A DNA stretch of 64,000 nucleotides from Octopus bimaculoides (taxonomy: Eukaryota), in the NCBI RefSeq assembly GCF_001194135.2, contig NC_068998.1, forward strand, positions 31,073,937 to 31,137,936. The letters are read 5' to 3'. This document shows, piece by piece, positions 38,131 to 49,925 of this stretch. A program made the translations under genes and the position numbers. Below the pieces are notes generated by a model, which searched no databases, had not been told where the DNA came from, and saw nothing but the letters and a program-made list of their open reading frames with translations. How positions within the stretch are numbered: the first letter of the stretch is position 1; every line of letters begins with the position of its first letter.

Positions 38131-38441
38131 CATGAGACGTCTGTATGAGATTGATCATGTATATAGTTCTACCAATTACATTTTTCTGAATCTTCATATT
38201 TTTCAGTTTGCTAGGCCACTGGTTTTAAATTGATATTAATCAAATTAATATTCAATTTTTCACCCTTATTATTTAAATTTAAATAGCTATGTTCTCTAAC
38301 TGGCAAAATTCACTGCAGAAAATTATTTTCTGCAGAATTATTTCCGGTATTTGACATGCCAAAAGAAAGACTTTTGAAACATAACCCCAAATGTAATTGG
38401 TAGAACTATATACATATTCAATCTTATGCAGACGTCTCATG
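38131..38441. mobile_element. Tc1/mariner-type MITE (311 bp)
   Basis: TA at 38129-38130 and 38442-38443; TIR of about 50 bp, CATGAGACGTCTG...TAGTTCTACCAATTACA. Confidence 0.88.
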
Positions 38442-38471
38442 TATAGTTCTGCAAATTATGTTGCAAAGGAT

Positions 38472-38545
38472 GATCATACTGAAGAGTTGCAGACAATTAT
38501 GTAAGTAATTATGTAAGTAGTTGACAACGAAACCGGTCTATGATT
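38472..38545 (+). ncRNA. Intact-core type-I hammerhead ribozyme (sense arm)
   Basis: GATCATA CTGAAGA GTTG..CAAC GAAAC CG GTC TATGATT; 12-nt tandem duplication in the stem II loop. Confidence 0.88.
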
Positions 38546-38705
38546 AATTCTTTATATTCTGTATCTTTTCATTTGTCTTGCTCGCTTATGTTCCAGTGTT
38601 TGCTGAATTTTCTTGAGAACAATCTTTCCTTAGTGGTCAGACCGTAGGTGGTCTTCTCCTAGCAAAAGGGATGTCCACTTGGTGGTCATCCTTCTTATAT
38701 GTATG

Positions 38706-38743
<38 letters not shown>

Positions 38744-38819
38744 GTTAAAGAAGAAGGCTAACATTAAGGCAAGGCAAACATCTCAAGTCGTATACAATAT
38801 TATTATTGGAAAAATTTCA

Positions 38820-39211
38820 GTCTTACAGCTATTTCTGGGATATCCCCGAGTGTGGGATATTCTGTCATTAGAGACAAATAGGGAAAAAAATAGGGAAAAT
38901 GAGAATGGTATACATTAATGAGATGACGACATAGAGGAAGGGAGTAAAAGAATAAGTAGATGGAAAGAAAGAAGAAAAAAGAAACACAAAGTTCATAGTT
39001 CAACTTTCTGACGTTATAGAAACAAGGGCATGAGTCCTTGGGTGCAATCCTGCACAGATCCATGTGGGTTAAAATCCTGATATAGTAGACATTCTGAGAA
39101 AAAAGACGCGAACATGTCAACGTTCAATAACATTTATATCATCCTCATTTTTTCCCTATTTTTTCCTTGATGACAGAATATCCCATACTTGGGGATATCC
39201 CAGAAACAGTT
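38820..39211. repeat. Head-to-head inverted repeat, each arm a degenerate HHR
   Basis: Arms about 38826-38930 and 39113-39211. Minus arm: GTCT CTAATGA..GGGATATCCC stem..GAAAT AGCT GTA AGAC. Plus arm: TTGATGA..GAAAC AGTT GGA. Confidence 0.75.
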
Positions 39212-40735
39212 GGAATAAACAATTGTGGTGAGTTGTGGGTTAAAATTTTGAGGGCTCTCTTTTAAGTAGAGTTCACAACTGGAGTGTTGGCCCTGATGAT
39301 ACCCAAGTCTATTATAGCCCAGGAAAGTTTATATTGTATTTTTCTATTAATTAGATGGTGTACGTGGCTGGCTGGTGATGTGGAATTGCTATTCTCTTTA
39401 TATTTAAACGAGTTTAAATGTGCATAATACCTTTGTTTAAAATCGGTGCTAGAACCAATGTAGTAGCTACAGGAGTTATTTACTAGGTTGTGAATGGGGC
39501 ATTGGTATACGATGTTGAATCTTCTGCATTGGGCTTGCAGTGGACAATCTGTCCCACATCTGTAGTTGCAGTTATTAAGTTCTATGATGGTTAATTGGAG
39601 AGAGGGATGAGGTAGTGCTGGTAGTGGCTAGGGTGGTATAAGGTGAATCGATCGTGATATTGCTGTCATTTCTAGTATCGATATCAACACCAGCATTACC
39701 ATTATTATTATTATCATCATTACTGGCATCACTGTTGTAATTGTTATCATTATTATTATTATTAGAAGTAGTAGGTTGTAGTATTAGTAGTATTATTATT
39801 ATTAGTAGAAGTTTTAGTAGCAGTAGTATCATTGGTAGTAGTGTTAGTATTAGTGGTGGTAGAGAAGGAGGTATTAGTGATGTTATTATTGTGGCTATTA
39901 ATAGTTGCATTTGTGGTAGGAGTGTTAGTAATAGTACTATTTTCAGTAATGGTAATATAGCTGTTGGTGTTAGTATTAATAGTATTGCTAGTCCTATTAG
40001 TCGTTGAAGTATATGTATTATTAGTTGTAGTGGTTATAATATAATTAGTATTGTTGGTATCAATGTGCCTACGAACAGTAATACTAACTTTAGACCTTCC
40101 AACTCTCCTCTAACATTAACTAGGAATTATATCTTCCCTTACTTGCCTAATAGATATGTCAGGAGATCTGTTCTCTGGTATACACTTCCATTCACTTTAA
40201 ATGTTAAGGGCCTCACTAAAGCATTCTTTGAAATAATAGAATTCCATTTCCCACGTAACCATAAGTACCATTCTATCTTTAACTTTGAAATCGACTTTGA
40301 AATTATCCTGTTCATCTACACCAAATACAGAATCTATTATCACCTCATCTAATAAACATAAACTTAGCTCTTACTGTCTAAATACATACAACCCTACCAC
40401 AGACCTACACAATGAAAACACTAACACCGATTGCAATAATATATCTAATACCCCTGGTCCGACCACTTTAAACAACTTAAACATACGTAATATAATCCTC
40501 ACCTCTGAGGGTAATGTTCTCACACCCAAAACTGACACAAACACTAATAGGCACACCGATACAAACAATACTAATTGTATTATAACCACTACAATTAATG
40601 ATACATATACTTCAACTACTAATAGGACTAGCAATAATATTAATACTAACACCAACAGCTATATTATCATTACTGAAAATAGTACTATTACTAACACTCC
40701 TACCACAAACAACTATTAATAGCCACAATAATAAC
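39212..40735. mobile_element. Rearranged PLE 3' region: GIY-YIG on minus, RT-EN linker on plus, with inverted duplication
   Basis: Minus NIVYQC..YYIGSSTDFKQRYYAHLNSFK (39415-39515); plus VLWYTLPFTLNVK..HFPRNHKYHSIFN..TLKLSCS; 39882-40052 is inverted at 40558-40735. Confidence 0.82.
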
Positions 40736-40809
40736 ACTTTTTGTTTTCATGCGTGCTCTTGCTCCAGGAGTAAGTGGAGCAAGAACACACACGAAAACGA
40801 AAAGTGTTA
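40732..40809. repeat. Compact hairpin, 35-bp arms, 8-nt loop
   Basis: TAACACTTTTTGTTTTCATGCGTGCTCTTGCTCCA / TGGAGCAAGAACACACACGAAAACGAAAAGTGTTA; 4 transition mismatches. Confidence 0.85.
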
Positions 40810-42029
40810 CTGTAAATATCACAGATGTTGGAGGATATAAGAACAGTAATAAATGAGTGAAGAAAAAACATGTAGTGCATATGTTTATTTGTCCTCAAAA
40901 AAAAAAAAAAAAATGACCATTCCAAAATACAACAATATCTGTTTCAACACACAATTTCACCTCAAGGATCTTGCAAAATAAATTGATGTATGTATATATA
41001 TNNNNNNNNNNNNNNNNNNNNNNNNNNNNNNNNNNNNNNNNNNNNNNNNNNNNNNNNNNNNNNNNNNNNNNNNNNNNNNNNNNNNNNNNNNNNNNNNNNN
41101 NNNNNNNNNNNNNNNNNNNNNNNNNNNNNNNNNNNNNNNNNNNNNNNNNNNNNNNNNNNNNNNNNNNNNNNNNNNNNNNNNNNNNNNNNNNNNNNNNNNN
41201 NNNNNNNNNNNNNNNNNNNNNNNNNNNNNNNNNNNNNNNNNNNNNNNNNNNNNNNNNNNNNNNNNNNNNNNNNNNNNNNNNNNNNNNNNNNNNNNNNNNN
41301 NNNNNNNNNNNNNNNNNNNNNNNNNNNNNNNNNNNNNNNNNNNNNNNNNNNNNNNNNNNNNNNNNNNNNNNNNNNNNNNNNNNNNNNNNNNNNNNNNNNN
41401 NNNNNNNNNNNNNNNNGTATATTTTATTTATATTATATGGTTGAAAACCGCACATCCATTTCCAAGTAAATTTATCTTAATAATTTTGATGTGACTCTCC
41501 TCTGTACTGTTCTCTCTCTCTCTCTCTCTCTCTCCCCTTTCGTTTTTCTCTCTTCCTTTCTCTAATTTTTTTCCCTTCTCTCTATTTTTTTTTTTCCCTC
41601 TCATCCTTTCTCTAATTCTTTTTTTCTCCCTTCACCATTTTCTATCTGTCCTCTTCTCCCTCCTCCTTTACTCTCTCATTGCTCACATGTGACCATCGTT
41701 CATCTTTTTTTTTCACAGGGTTCATCTTTCTTTTCTTCCGGTCTGTTGCGCAGACTGGACGTATTCTTGTCTGTATCCTCTCCTATCTTTTCTCCTGTCA
41801 AAGAATGTTCCTTAGTGTTCACCACCTTACCCCGTCTGGCTTAGCAGCCCTCACTATTTGTTTCACTGTCCTGTTTTTGTTACCAACTTTGACCCTCCAT
41901 AAAATCCCAAATTTTATTTTGGTTTGTGGGAGCAACTGTTTTCTCAAAGGCACATATTGTCGTGAATTGCTCAAAATGTGGAGCAGATAAATTGCTAACA
42001 ACTGATGAAGGATTGTTCATTATGTTACG

Positions 42030-43744
42030 TGACTGCTGAGGACATGCGTAGGCTCGCAAGGAATGAAGCCAGTATGCTCCGATGGATGTGTAATGTCAGT
42101 GTGCATACTAGACAGAGTATTAGTACCTTGAGAGAAAAGTTGAACTTATGAAGCATCAGTTGTGGTGTGCAAGAGAGACGACTGCGCTGGTATGGTCATG
42201 TAGCGAGAATGGATGAGGATAGCTGTGTGAAAAAGTGCCACACCCTAGCGGTTGAGGGAACCTGTGGAAGAGGTAGGCCCAGGAAGACCTGGGATGAGGT
42301 GGTGAGGCACGACCTTCGAACTTTGGACCTCACCGAGGCAATGACTTCTGACCGAGACCTTTGGAAATATGNNNNNNNNNNNNNNNNNNNNNNNNNNNNN
42401 NNNNNNNNNNNNNNNNNNNNNNNNNNNNNNNNNNNNNNNNNNNNNNNNNNNNNNNNNNNNNNNNNNNNNNNNNNNNNNNNNNNNNNNNNNNNNNNNNNNN
42501 NNNNNNNNNNNNNNNNNNNNNNNNNNNNNNNNNNNNNNNNNNNNNNNNNNNNNNNNNNNNNNNNNNNNNNNNNNNNNNNNNNNNNNNNNNNNNNNNNNNN
42601 NNNNNNNNNNNNNNNNNNNNNNNNNNNNNNNNNNNNNNNNNNNNNNNNNNNNNNNNNNNNNNNNNNNNNNNNNNNNNNNNNNNNNNNNNNNNNNNNNNNN
42701 NNNNNNNNNNNNNNNNNNNNNNNNNNNNNNNNNNNNNNNNNNNNNNNNNNNNNNNNNNNNNNNNNNNNNNNNNNNNNNNNNNNNNNNNNNNNNNNNNNNN
42801 NNNNNNNNNNNNNNNNNNNNNNNNNNCCTTCATTGGGACACGAAACTCAGCTTGTGACGACTTATTGGGGCAAGCGAAATCGAAATCGTGATGGCACCTG
42901 TGCCCAGCATCGCCTTTCTGGTACTTGTGCCCGCGGCATGTGTAAGGACATTCGAGCGAGATCGTTGCCAGTTCCCCTGGACTGGCTCTTGTGCAGGTGG
43001 CACATAAAATACACCATTTTGAGTGTGGCTGTTGCCAGTACCGCCTGACTGGCCTTCGTGCCGATGGCACGTAAAAGCACCCACTACACTCTCTGAGTGG
43101 TTGGCGTTTAGGAAGGGCATCCAGCCGTAGAAACTCTGCGAAATGCTGTGCGTGAGAAGATCCGGCATGCTTAGTGAGACATAAATCTAAGGCCTCAACC
43201 AGTCCACTTATACGTACCTTCCTTCATTGGACACCAAACTCCACTTGTGAATGACCTGTTGAGGCAAGTGAAATCGAAATCGAGTTAAATTCGACGACTG
43301 GCACCCATGCCAACGTCGTCTCCTCCATTGGGACACAAAACTCAGCTTGCGAAGACTTATTGGGGCAAGTGAAAGCGAAATTGTGATGGCACCTGTGCCC
43401 AGCGTCGCCTTTCTGGTACTTGTGCCCACGGCATGTGTAAGGACTTTCGAGCGAGATCGTTGCCAGTGCCCCTAGACTGGCTCTTGTGCGGGTGGCACAT
43501 AAAATACACCATTTTGAGCGTGGCCGTTGCCAGTACCGCCTGACTGGCCTTCGTGGCGGTGGCACGTAAAAGCACCCTCTACACTCTTTGAATGGTTGGC
43601 ATTAGGAAGGGCATCCACCTGTAGAAACTCTGCCAAATCAGATTGGAGCCTGGTGTAGCCATCTGGTTTCACCAGTCCTCAGTCAAATCCTCCAACCCAT
43701 GCTAGCATGGAAAGCGGATGTTAAACGACGACGATGATGATGAG
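42030..43744 (+). mobile_element. 5'-truncated RTE (ORF2 end + duplicated 3' UTR), with N gap
   Basis: QERRLRWYGHVARMDEDSCVKK; same internal UTR junction as the 17665-18665 copy, at about 43144. Confidence 0.88.
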
Positions 43745-44409
43745 NNNNNNNNNNNNNNNNNNNNNNNNNNNNNNNNNNNNNNNNNNNNNNNNNNNNNNNN
43801 NNNNNNNNNNNNNNNNNNNNNNNNNNNNNGGGACACAAAACTCAGCTTGCGAAGACTTATTGGGGCAAGTGAAAGCGAAATTGTGATGGCACCTGTGCCC
43901 AGCGTCGCCTTTCTGGTACTTGTGCCCACGGCATGTGTAAGGACTTTCGAGCGAGATCGTTGCCAGTGCCCCTAGACTGGCTCTTGTGCGGGTGGCACAT
44001 AAAATACACCATTTTGAGCGTGGCCGTTGCCAGTACCGCCTGACTGGCCTTCGTGGCGGTGGCACGTAAAAGCACCCTCTACACTCTTTGAATGGTTGGC
44101 ATTAGGAAGGGCATCCACCTGTAGAAACTCTGCCAAATCAGATTGGAGCCTGGTGTAGCCATCTGGTTTCACCAGTCCTCAGTCAAATCCTCCAACCCAT
44201 GCTAGCATGGAAAGCGGATGTTAAACGACGACGATGATGATGAGGAGGATATATATATATATACACACACACACATTCATTGGTTTCTTTCATTTTAGTC
44301 CATTTTTCCATGTTTGCCCTTTCTGATACAAGCCCTTATTTCCTTTTCTAAATAAAGGATAGCATATTTTACTGATTTCATTGATATAAAAAAATGTAAG
44401 CAAACACAC

Positions 44410-44882
44410 AAAATGTGATGGTAAATCTGAGGATGACCTTAAACACATAGAAGAGGTATTGACAAACCCAGATCAACACATCAATATACTCCTCCTGGGT
44501 GACTTTAACCTCCCAAATATTAAATGGCCTGAAGGCCACATCTTTTCTGTGATGTCACTACATGAACAAAAGCATGTAAAGTCATAACTTGAACTTTCTC
44601 GTATGCTATTCATGGAACAAGTGATAATGAAGTCAACCAAGTGAAACAACATCTTGGACCTCTGCTTCACAAAGAATGTGGACCTTATCCATAATGTGAA
44701 GGTGACACCAACTGCACTCTCAGACCACAACATTGTTGAACTAACAATGTTTGGTCCTAAGCGGACTGCTGGTGTCTACCCTATCAGGAGAACTCAAGCT
44801 ATATCCAATTCGAATTTTAATAAAGCAGAATGGAAATCAATCCATAAAGATCTCCACAAACAAAACTGGTTTGACATTCTAT
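44410..44882 (+). mobile_element. CR1/L2-group LINE endonuclease fragment
   Basis: LLLGDFNLPNIKW, NILDLCFT and ALSDHNIVEL. Confidence 0.75.
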
Positions 44883-45275
44883 CTATGGGGTTAAATCAAA
44901 AAGTTCCAGGACTAGTTATGCTTAATAAAAAATAACTTATTTACCTAAGTCTTGACGTCATCTCCTTCAAAGTAGTCACTTTATGCAGCAATACACCAGT
45001 CCCAGCATTCCTGCTACTTTTGGAATCTGGCCTGGAAGTCATTTTCGAGGACCTTCTGCAATTCACTCTTGATCTTAACAATGGTGTTGAAATGGAGACC
45101 TTTGAGTTGCATTTTCATCTTGAGGAAGAGATGCAAGTCTGCAAGTGCTAAATCTGGTGAATAGGACAGGTAAGGAAACGATACCCTGTTGTTTTTTGCA
45201 AGAAACTCACAAATGAGGAGAGCTTGGTGATGGTGCATTGTTGTGAAGAATCCAGTTCTTCATGCTCCGCAGATC
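44883..45275 (-). mobile_element. mariner (DD34D-type) transposase 3' end with TIR
   Basis: YSPDLALADLHLFLKMKMQLKG..DYFEGD; terminus GGGGTTAAATCAAAAAGTTCCAGGAC. Confidence 0.85.
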
Positions 45276-45840
45276 TGGTTGCTTTTGCCGAATGTCCTCC
45301 CTCAAATGTTTCTTTGTCTGTAGGGCTGCAATATTGTAGAATTCAGTTGGGTTTATCTGCATGTGTCTCTTGTCTTGAAAGACCTTAGTATCCACTCTAC
45401 CTGTTGGCACTTTGCTGCCATCTTGGTAATGTTTATATGAAATGATGCATCATTGTACACACTGATCCCCAAGTCTCCCACTGCCTGTGATTCTGGGATT
45501 GCAGCACTTTTGGGTTCTGTATATGCAGACTTCAGTGCATTTGTGAACTGATAGTGCAGTGCTTGAAATTTTCTCACATTAAAGTGCATGTTGTTTAGTT
45601 CAGCACACATGTATATCGTATTCAGGTCTTGCTATAAGCTTGCTACACAATCTGAATTTTTTTATTGCCTCTGATAATTTTGTATCATTAGTGCAACTAG
45701 TGACAGTGGCTGCCTGAGTGACCATGGGCATGTCTAAGAGCTGTTATAAACAGTAATGTTCCCAAGACAGTTCCCTGGGGGATGCCACTTAAAATTGGAA
45801 TTTCTTCAGAGAGGGCACTGTTGGCTTAAATTGCCTGACT
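45275..45840 (-). mobile_element. CR1/L2-group LINE RT fragment
   Basis: Minus strand SGIPRGTVLGTLLF, DLNTIY..NNMHFNVRKFQALH and GDLGI. Confidence 0.75.
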
Positions 45841-45844
45841 TCTG

Positions 45845-47730
45845 TCTTTAGACCCTAAACCCATTGGCCTATGACCTCTGTAGCAAGTGGCCACTTTAGA
45901 AAATGGAGGAAGAAAAGATCTTGTTACTACATATCAACAACAAGGGATTGTTGCTATTTGCAGTTGACTTTGTTGGCTGGTGGATCCCAGGATGCCAGCA
46001 GGAATTTCCTGAAGTGCAAGCAGGGTCCAAAAACTTCAGTCCTGAAGTTAAGGATGTTTTCCGGATCAAGGGAGTTTACAATGCTTGGTCCCATTGATGT
46101 AGGATCTTCCATGATATTACGTGTGGAGTTCCTTCGTCTTTCAGCCACCATACATGGCTGCTAAGGCTGTAGTGTATCTCCTCTCCGGGATCCTGAAAGA
46201 GGATTTGGGGTTGGAGATGCACTGCTTGAATGTGTTCCTGGAACATCTGATGTATATTCATGTGTGGGTGTTGGTAATGCTGTATCTGTTGTTGTTGATG
46301 CTGCTGCTACTGCTGTTGGCATTGGTACTGGTGTCATTAAAGCTGGCATTGGTGTTGGTGCTGGCACCTGTGCCATTAATGCTGGCATAGGGGACATCAT
46401 TGATGGTGGCGCTGTGGGTGATATAGTCATCGTTAGTGTTGCTGAAGCTGTTATTGGTGCCATCATGATAGCTGATGTTGTTGTTATTATTGTTATCATT
46501 GGTGATGGTGGTGGTGCTGCTATTTCTATTTGAATTTAGAGACCACATCTACATACTAGGCACTAACACCCACAGAAGGAAGTGCCGCAGTAATATCATT
46601 TGGAGTGCCCCCCACTTCTCCCTTAACATAAAAACGTATGTAGGTAGGATAATCGTTAGGCTAGTAGATAAACACTTCACACGATCACAGGTACAGACGC
46701 ATTTTCAGACACAACCTAAGGTTCTCTTTTAGCTGTGTCCCCAATATTAAGAGCATTCTAGTTAATGCCCCTATGCCACAAGTGGAGGTGGGATGCTCAT
46801 GCAGAGACTACAACAGATGCCCAGTAGGAAACCATTGTGAAAACAAGGGAGTCATCTATGAAGCTGAGGTAGTAGCTAATACTAGTAGCAACAGCAGCAA
46901 CTTCCCTAGTGACAACTACAGTAGCAGGAATGGCAGAACCAACTGTGATGGCAGCAACCCGAACAAAAATAGCAGCAGCCAATGATAACAATAACAACAT
47001 CGACAACATCAGCCACTACAATAGCACCAATAACAGCTCCAGCAACACCAATGACGATGGTTATAATACCACCCACAGCACCACCACCACCACCAACACC
47101 AGCTTTAACGATGCCAACAGCACCAGCAACAGCGGTAGCAGCAGCAAAACCATCAACAGATACAGCATCACCAACACACACAAAGATACATCAGATGTTC
47201 CAGGAACACATTCAAGTAACACCTCTCTGACCACAGATCCTATTTCAGGATCCCAGAGAGGAGATACACTTCATCCTTAGCCAAACATATTTGGTGGCTG
47301 AAAGACGAAGGAACTCCACACATAATATCATGGAAGATCCTAGAAAAATCAGGTCCTTACATTAATGGGACCAAGCATTGTAAACTGTGCATAACCAAAT
47401 GGACAAGGATATTAAAGGACTCCCTTGACCCTGGGAACATCCTTAACTCCAGGACAGAAGTTGTTGAACCCTGCTTACACTTCACGAAATTCTTGCTAGT
47501 GTCCTGGGATCCACCAGCCAACAGGATCAATTACAGATTGTGATCAAAGGGTGACAATCCCTTTTTGTTGACATAGTAATGAGGTCTTTTCTTCCTCCAT
47601 TTTCTAGAGGGGCCATAGGTCAACGGGTTTAGGGTCTGAAGAAACGTAAAGCTGATTGCTTTATGGACGTGAAACCCAGGGTAACCCCATATACCAGCCA
47701 TATCTATTTTTATTTATATACTCTATTACT
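45845..47730 (+). mobile_element. 5'-truncated PLE with an inverted duplication of about 680 bp of its 3' end
   Basis: Arms 45845-46525 and 46967-47642; spacer has NIIWSAPHFSLNIKTYVG, CSCR..CPVGNHC..GVIYEAEV; arms have YIRCSRNTFK..SLAKHIWWLKDEG..SWKIL; HHR at the 3' end. Confidence 0.88.
47632..47687 (+). ncRNA. Intact-core type-I hammerhead ribozyme
   Basis: Stem I GGGT/ACCC; CTGAAGA 47636-47642; A; stem II ACGT/ACGT with internal AAAGC/GCTTT hairpin; GAAAC CCAGG GTA. Confidence 0.85.
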
Positions 47731-47800
47731 CTATAACTTAGAGTATACTTCTTTTTTTGATTTATGATTTACTGATGATATATATATATGTATATATACA

Positions 47801-48329
47801 CAGGATAATTGAAAAGTAACCCCCTATTTTAAAATACTTATAAATTATTTATTAATTGTAATTTTTACAAAGAAATGGATATGAGAGGAAAGCTTTTAGT
47901 ATGAGGTTTTATTTAAAATTTGGTATGGGCTTCAGATGTTGCCACCAGCTTCTTGAGTTGTCCAGGAATTGTGTCAACTGATTTCATCAGAAACTCTTGT
48001 GGGATGGAAGAAGACATAATTTCTTGTATTTGCTCTTCAACTTCTTCCAAAGTCTTTGGTTTAATACAATAGACTTGTTCTTTTAACCAACTCCAAAGAA
48101 CGAAGTCACAGGGTATTAAGTCAAGACTCCTGGCTGGCCACTCATGTAGACCACGATGACCCATCCATCTCCTGAGGAAGTGGGCATTCAGCCATTCATG
48201 AATGACGAGCAATATGATTACGGATTAAATTCTCATACTTCAAAAAACGAAACAAAGAATTTGAGAAAACAATTGCAATTAATTATTTATAAGTATTTTA
48301 AAATAGGTAGTTACTTTACAATTACCCTG
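47801..48329 (-). mobile_element. Internally deleted Tc1-family transposon
   Basis: TIRs of about 60 bp (CAGG.TAATTG.AAAGTAAC), TA at the right end; WPARSLDLIPCDFVLWSWLKEQVY motif. Confidence 0.88.
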
Positions 48330-49619
48330 TATATATGTGCACACACACGCATTATGTGACCAATATTTTCAACCCAGACATTACAATTGTATCTGATTCT
48401 TCAAGTGCTTCAGTTGCTTCAATTCTGTGTATGTACATATATTTACTAGATTGCTGGCATTTATCACTGGTTTCTCCCATTGTATTGATGTGCCATTTCC
48501 CATCATTGATAAAACTGTCAGCATTTTTTGATGGCACAGGTATGCTAGTCAGTAAATAACGATAAATACATCAGCACCATAGTTGTACCCACTTGTACAC
48601 ATATAATTGTATATACATACCAGTTATATTGCACAATAGAGATGCACCTCAGTATAATAAAGTAGAAGTGCCAATCACTAAGTGTGGAGGGAACCTGTAG
48701 AAGAGGTAGACCCAGGAAGACATGGGATGGGGTGGTGAAGTACAGTATTTGGATGTTGGGTCTCATGGAGGCGATGACAAATGATTGAGATCTTTGGTAA
48801 TTTGCTTCTTAGGAATATATTTAATATATTCAGTATATCCTGTACTAGCTAATGTTGCATTATAATAATCTGCATGTAAGTTGAATATTACTTCATTCAC
48901 AGACAGCCTTGTATTGGACACATTATTTACTATTCTTTTTATAATTCAATGTGGATAATTTGATTTTTATTTTTTGATATACCTTAGATTTTGATTAGGC
49001 TTATGATATGGTTCATAGAAACCAGTACTTAAGTGTTATGCTTAGAAAATTCACTACACAATTTTCAATGGCTATAGATAGTCTGAAATAAAAAAAAAAT
49101 TTAATAATCTTTTATATATATCTTTCCATTTCTACTTTGCTAAAATTATATACTATGAAGATAGTGCTGTTCTTACATAGACCTCTCCACAACTTAGGAA
49201 ACCAGGATTCCATCTGGACAAGAATGTAAATTTTGAGTTGTGTTGTTTCATTCTTTTGTTATGTCAGAATAGTCCATTCTATCCAATCTTGTCCAAAACT
49301 TATCATCAAAATCTGTTAGTGTGTTCTGCCCAGCTTATATAATAAAACCAAGAAATAACTGTATCTTGTTTCACCACCAAGAAATCATTGCATATAATTT
49401 GGCTGCCACAGGAAAAATCAGAAGCACATGTTATGCACTCCTTCAGAAAATTGCAAGATGCTCAACTGACAAAAATTAAAAGCTATTTACCATTCCCACT
49501 AATAGATCACTTGTATACATGCATGAATGTATAGTTATAGGTGTATGTGTGTGTGTGCATATGCATTTATTTGTATGTGAATAGATGTGTATTTCTATAT
49601 GTGTGCATGCATAAATGTG

Positions 49620-49925
49620 GAAAGGTGCATGGCTCAGTGGTTAGAGTGTTGGGCTCACAATCATGAGGTAGTAAGTTTGATTTCTGAACCAGGTTGTGTT
49701 GTGTTCTTGAGCAAGACACCTTATTTCATGTTGCTCCAGTTAGCTCAACTGTAGGAATGAGTTGTGATGACACTAGTGCCAAGTTGTATCGAACTTTACC
49801 TTTCCCTTAGATAACATTTCCCTTAGATAACATTGGTGGTATGAAGAGGGGAGGTTGGTATGCATGGGTGACTGGTGGCCTTAAATAAAAATTTTGCTTG
49901 GACTTGTGCCTCAGGGAGTAACTTT
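49620..49925 (+). mobile_element. tRNA/CORE-like SINE
   Basis: TGGCTCAGTGGTTAGAG A box; GTTCTTGAGCAAGACAC motif. Confidence 0.7.

Noticed and set aside
39294-39302. CTGATGA (also at 24312)
   Set aside because: No stem II/GAAA/stem I arrangement: chance 7-mers.
41997-42030. CTGATGAAGGATTG, possible HHR 5' half
   Set aside because: No stem II partner or GAAA; an RTE fragment starts right after it. At most a truncated motif.
43331-44243. Second copy of the RTE tail (43830-44243)
   Set aside because: Apparently identical to 43331-43744 across an N gap: probable assembly duplication.
46258-46260. In-frame TGA just before the YIG motif as selenocysteine (known in some Naiad PLEs)
   Set aside because: Not at a conserved Cys position, not present in the other arm, and no SECIS seen; most likely ordinary decay.
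39575-47280. Asn/Thr/Val-rich ORFs as host low-complexity genes
   Set aside because: Open in several frames and on both strands because of trinucleotide composition; embedded in PLE sequence.
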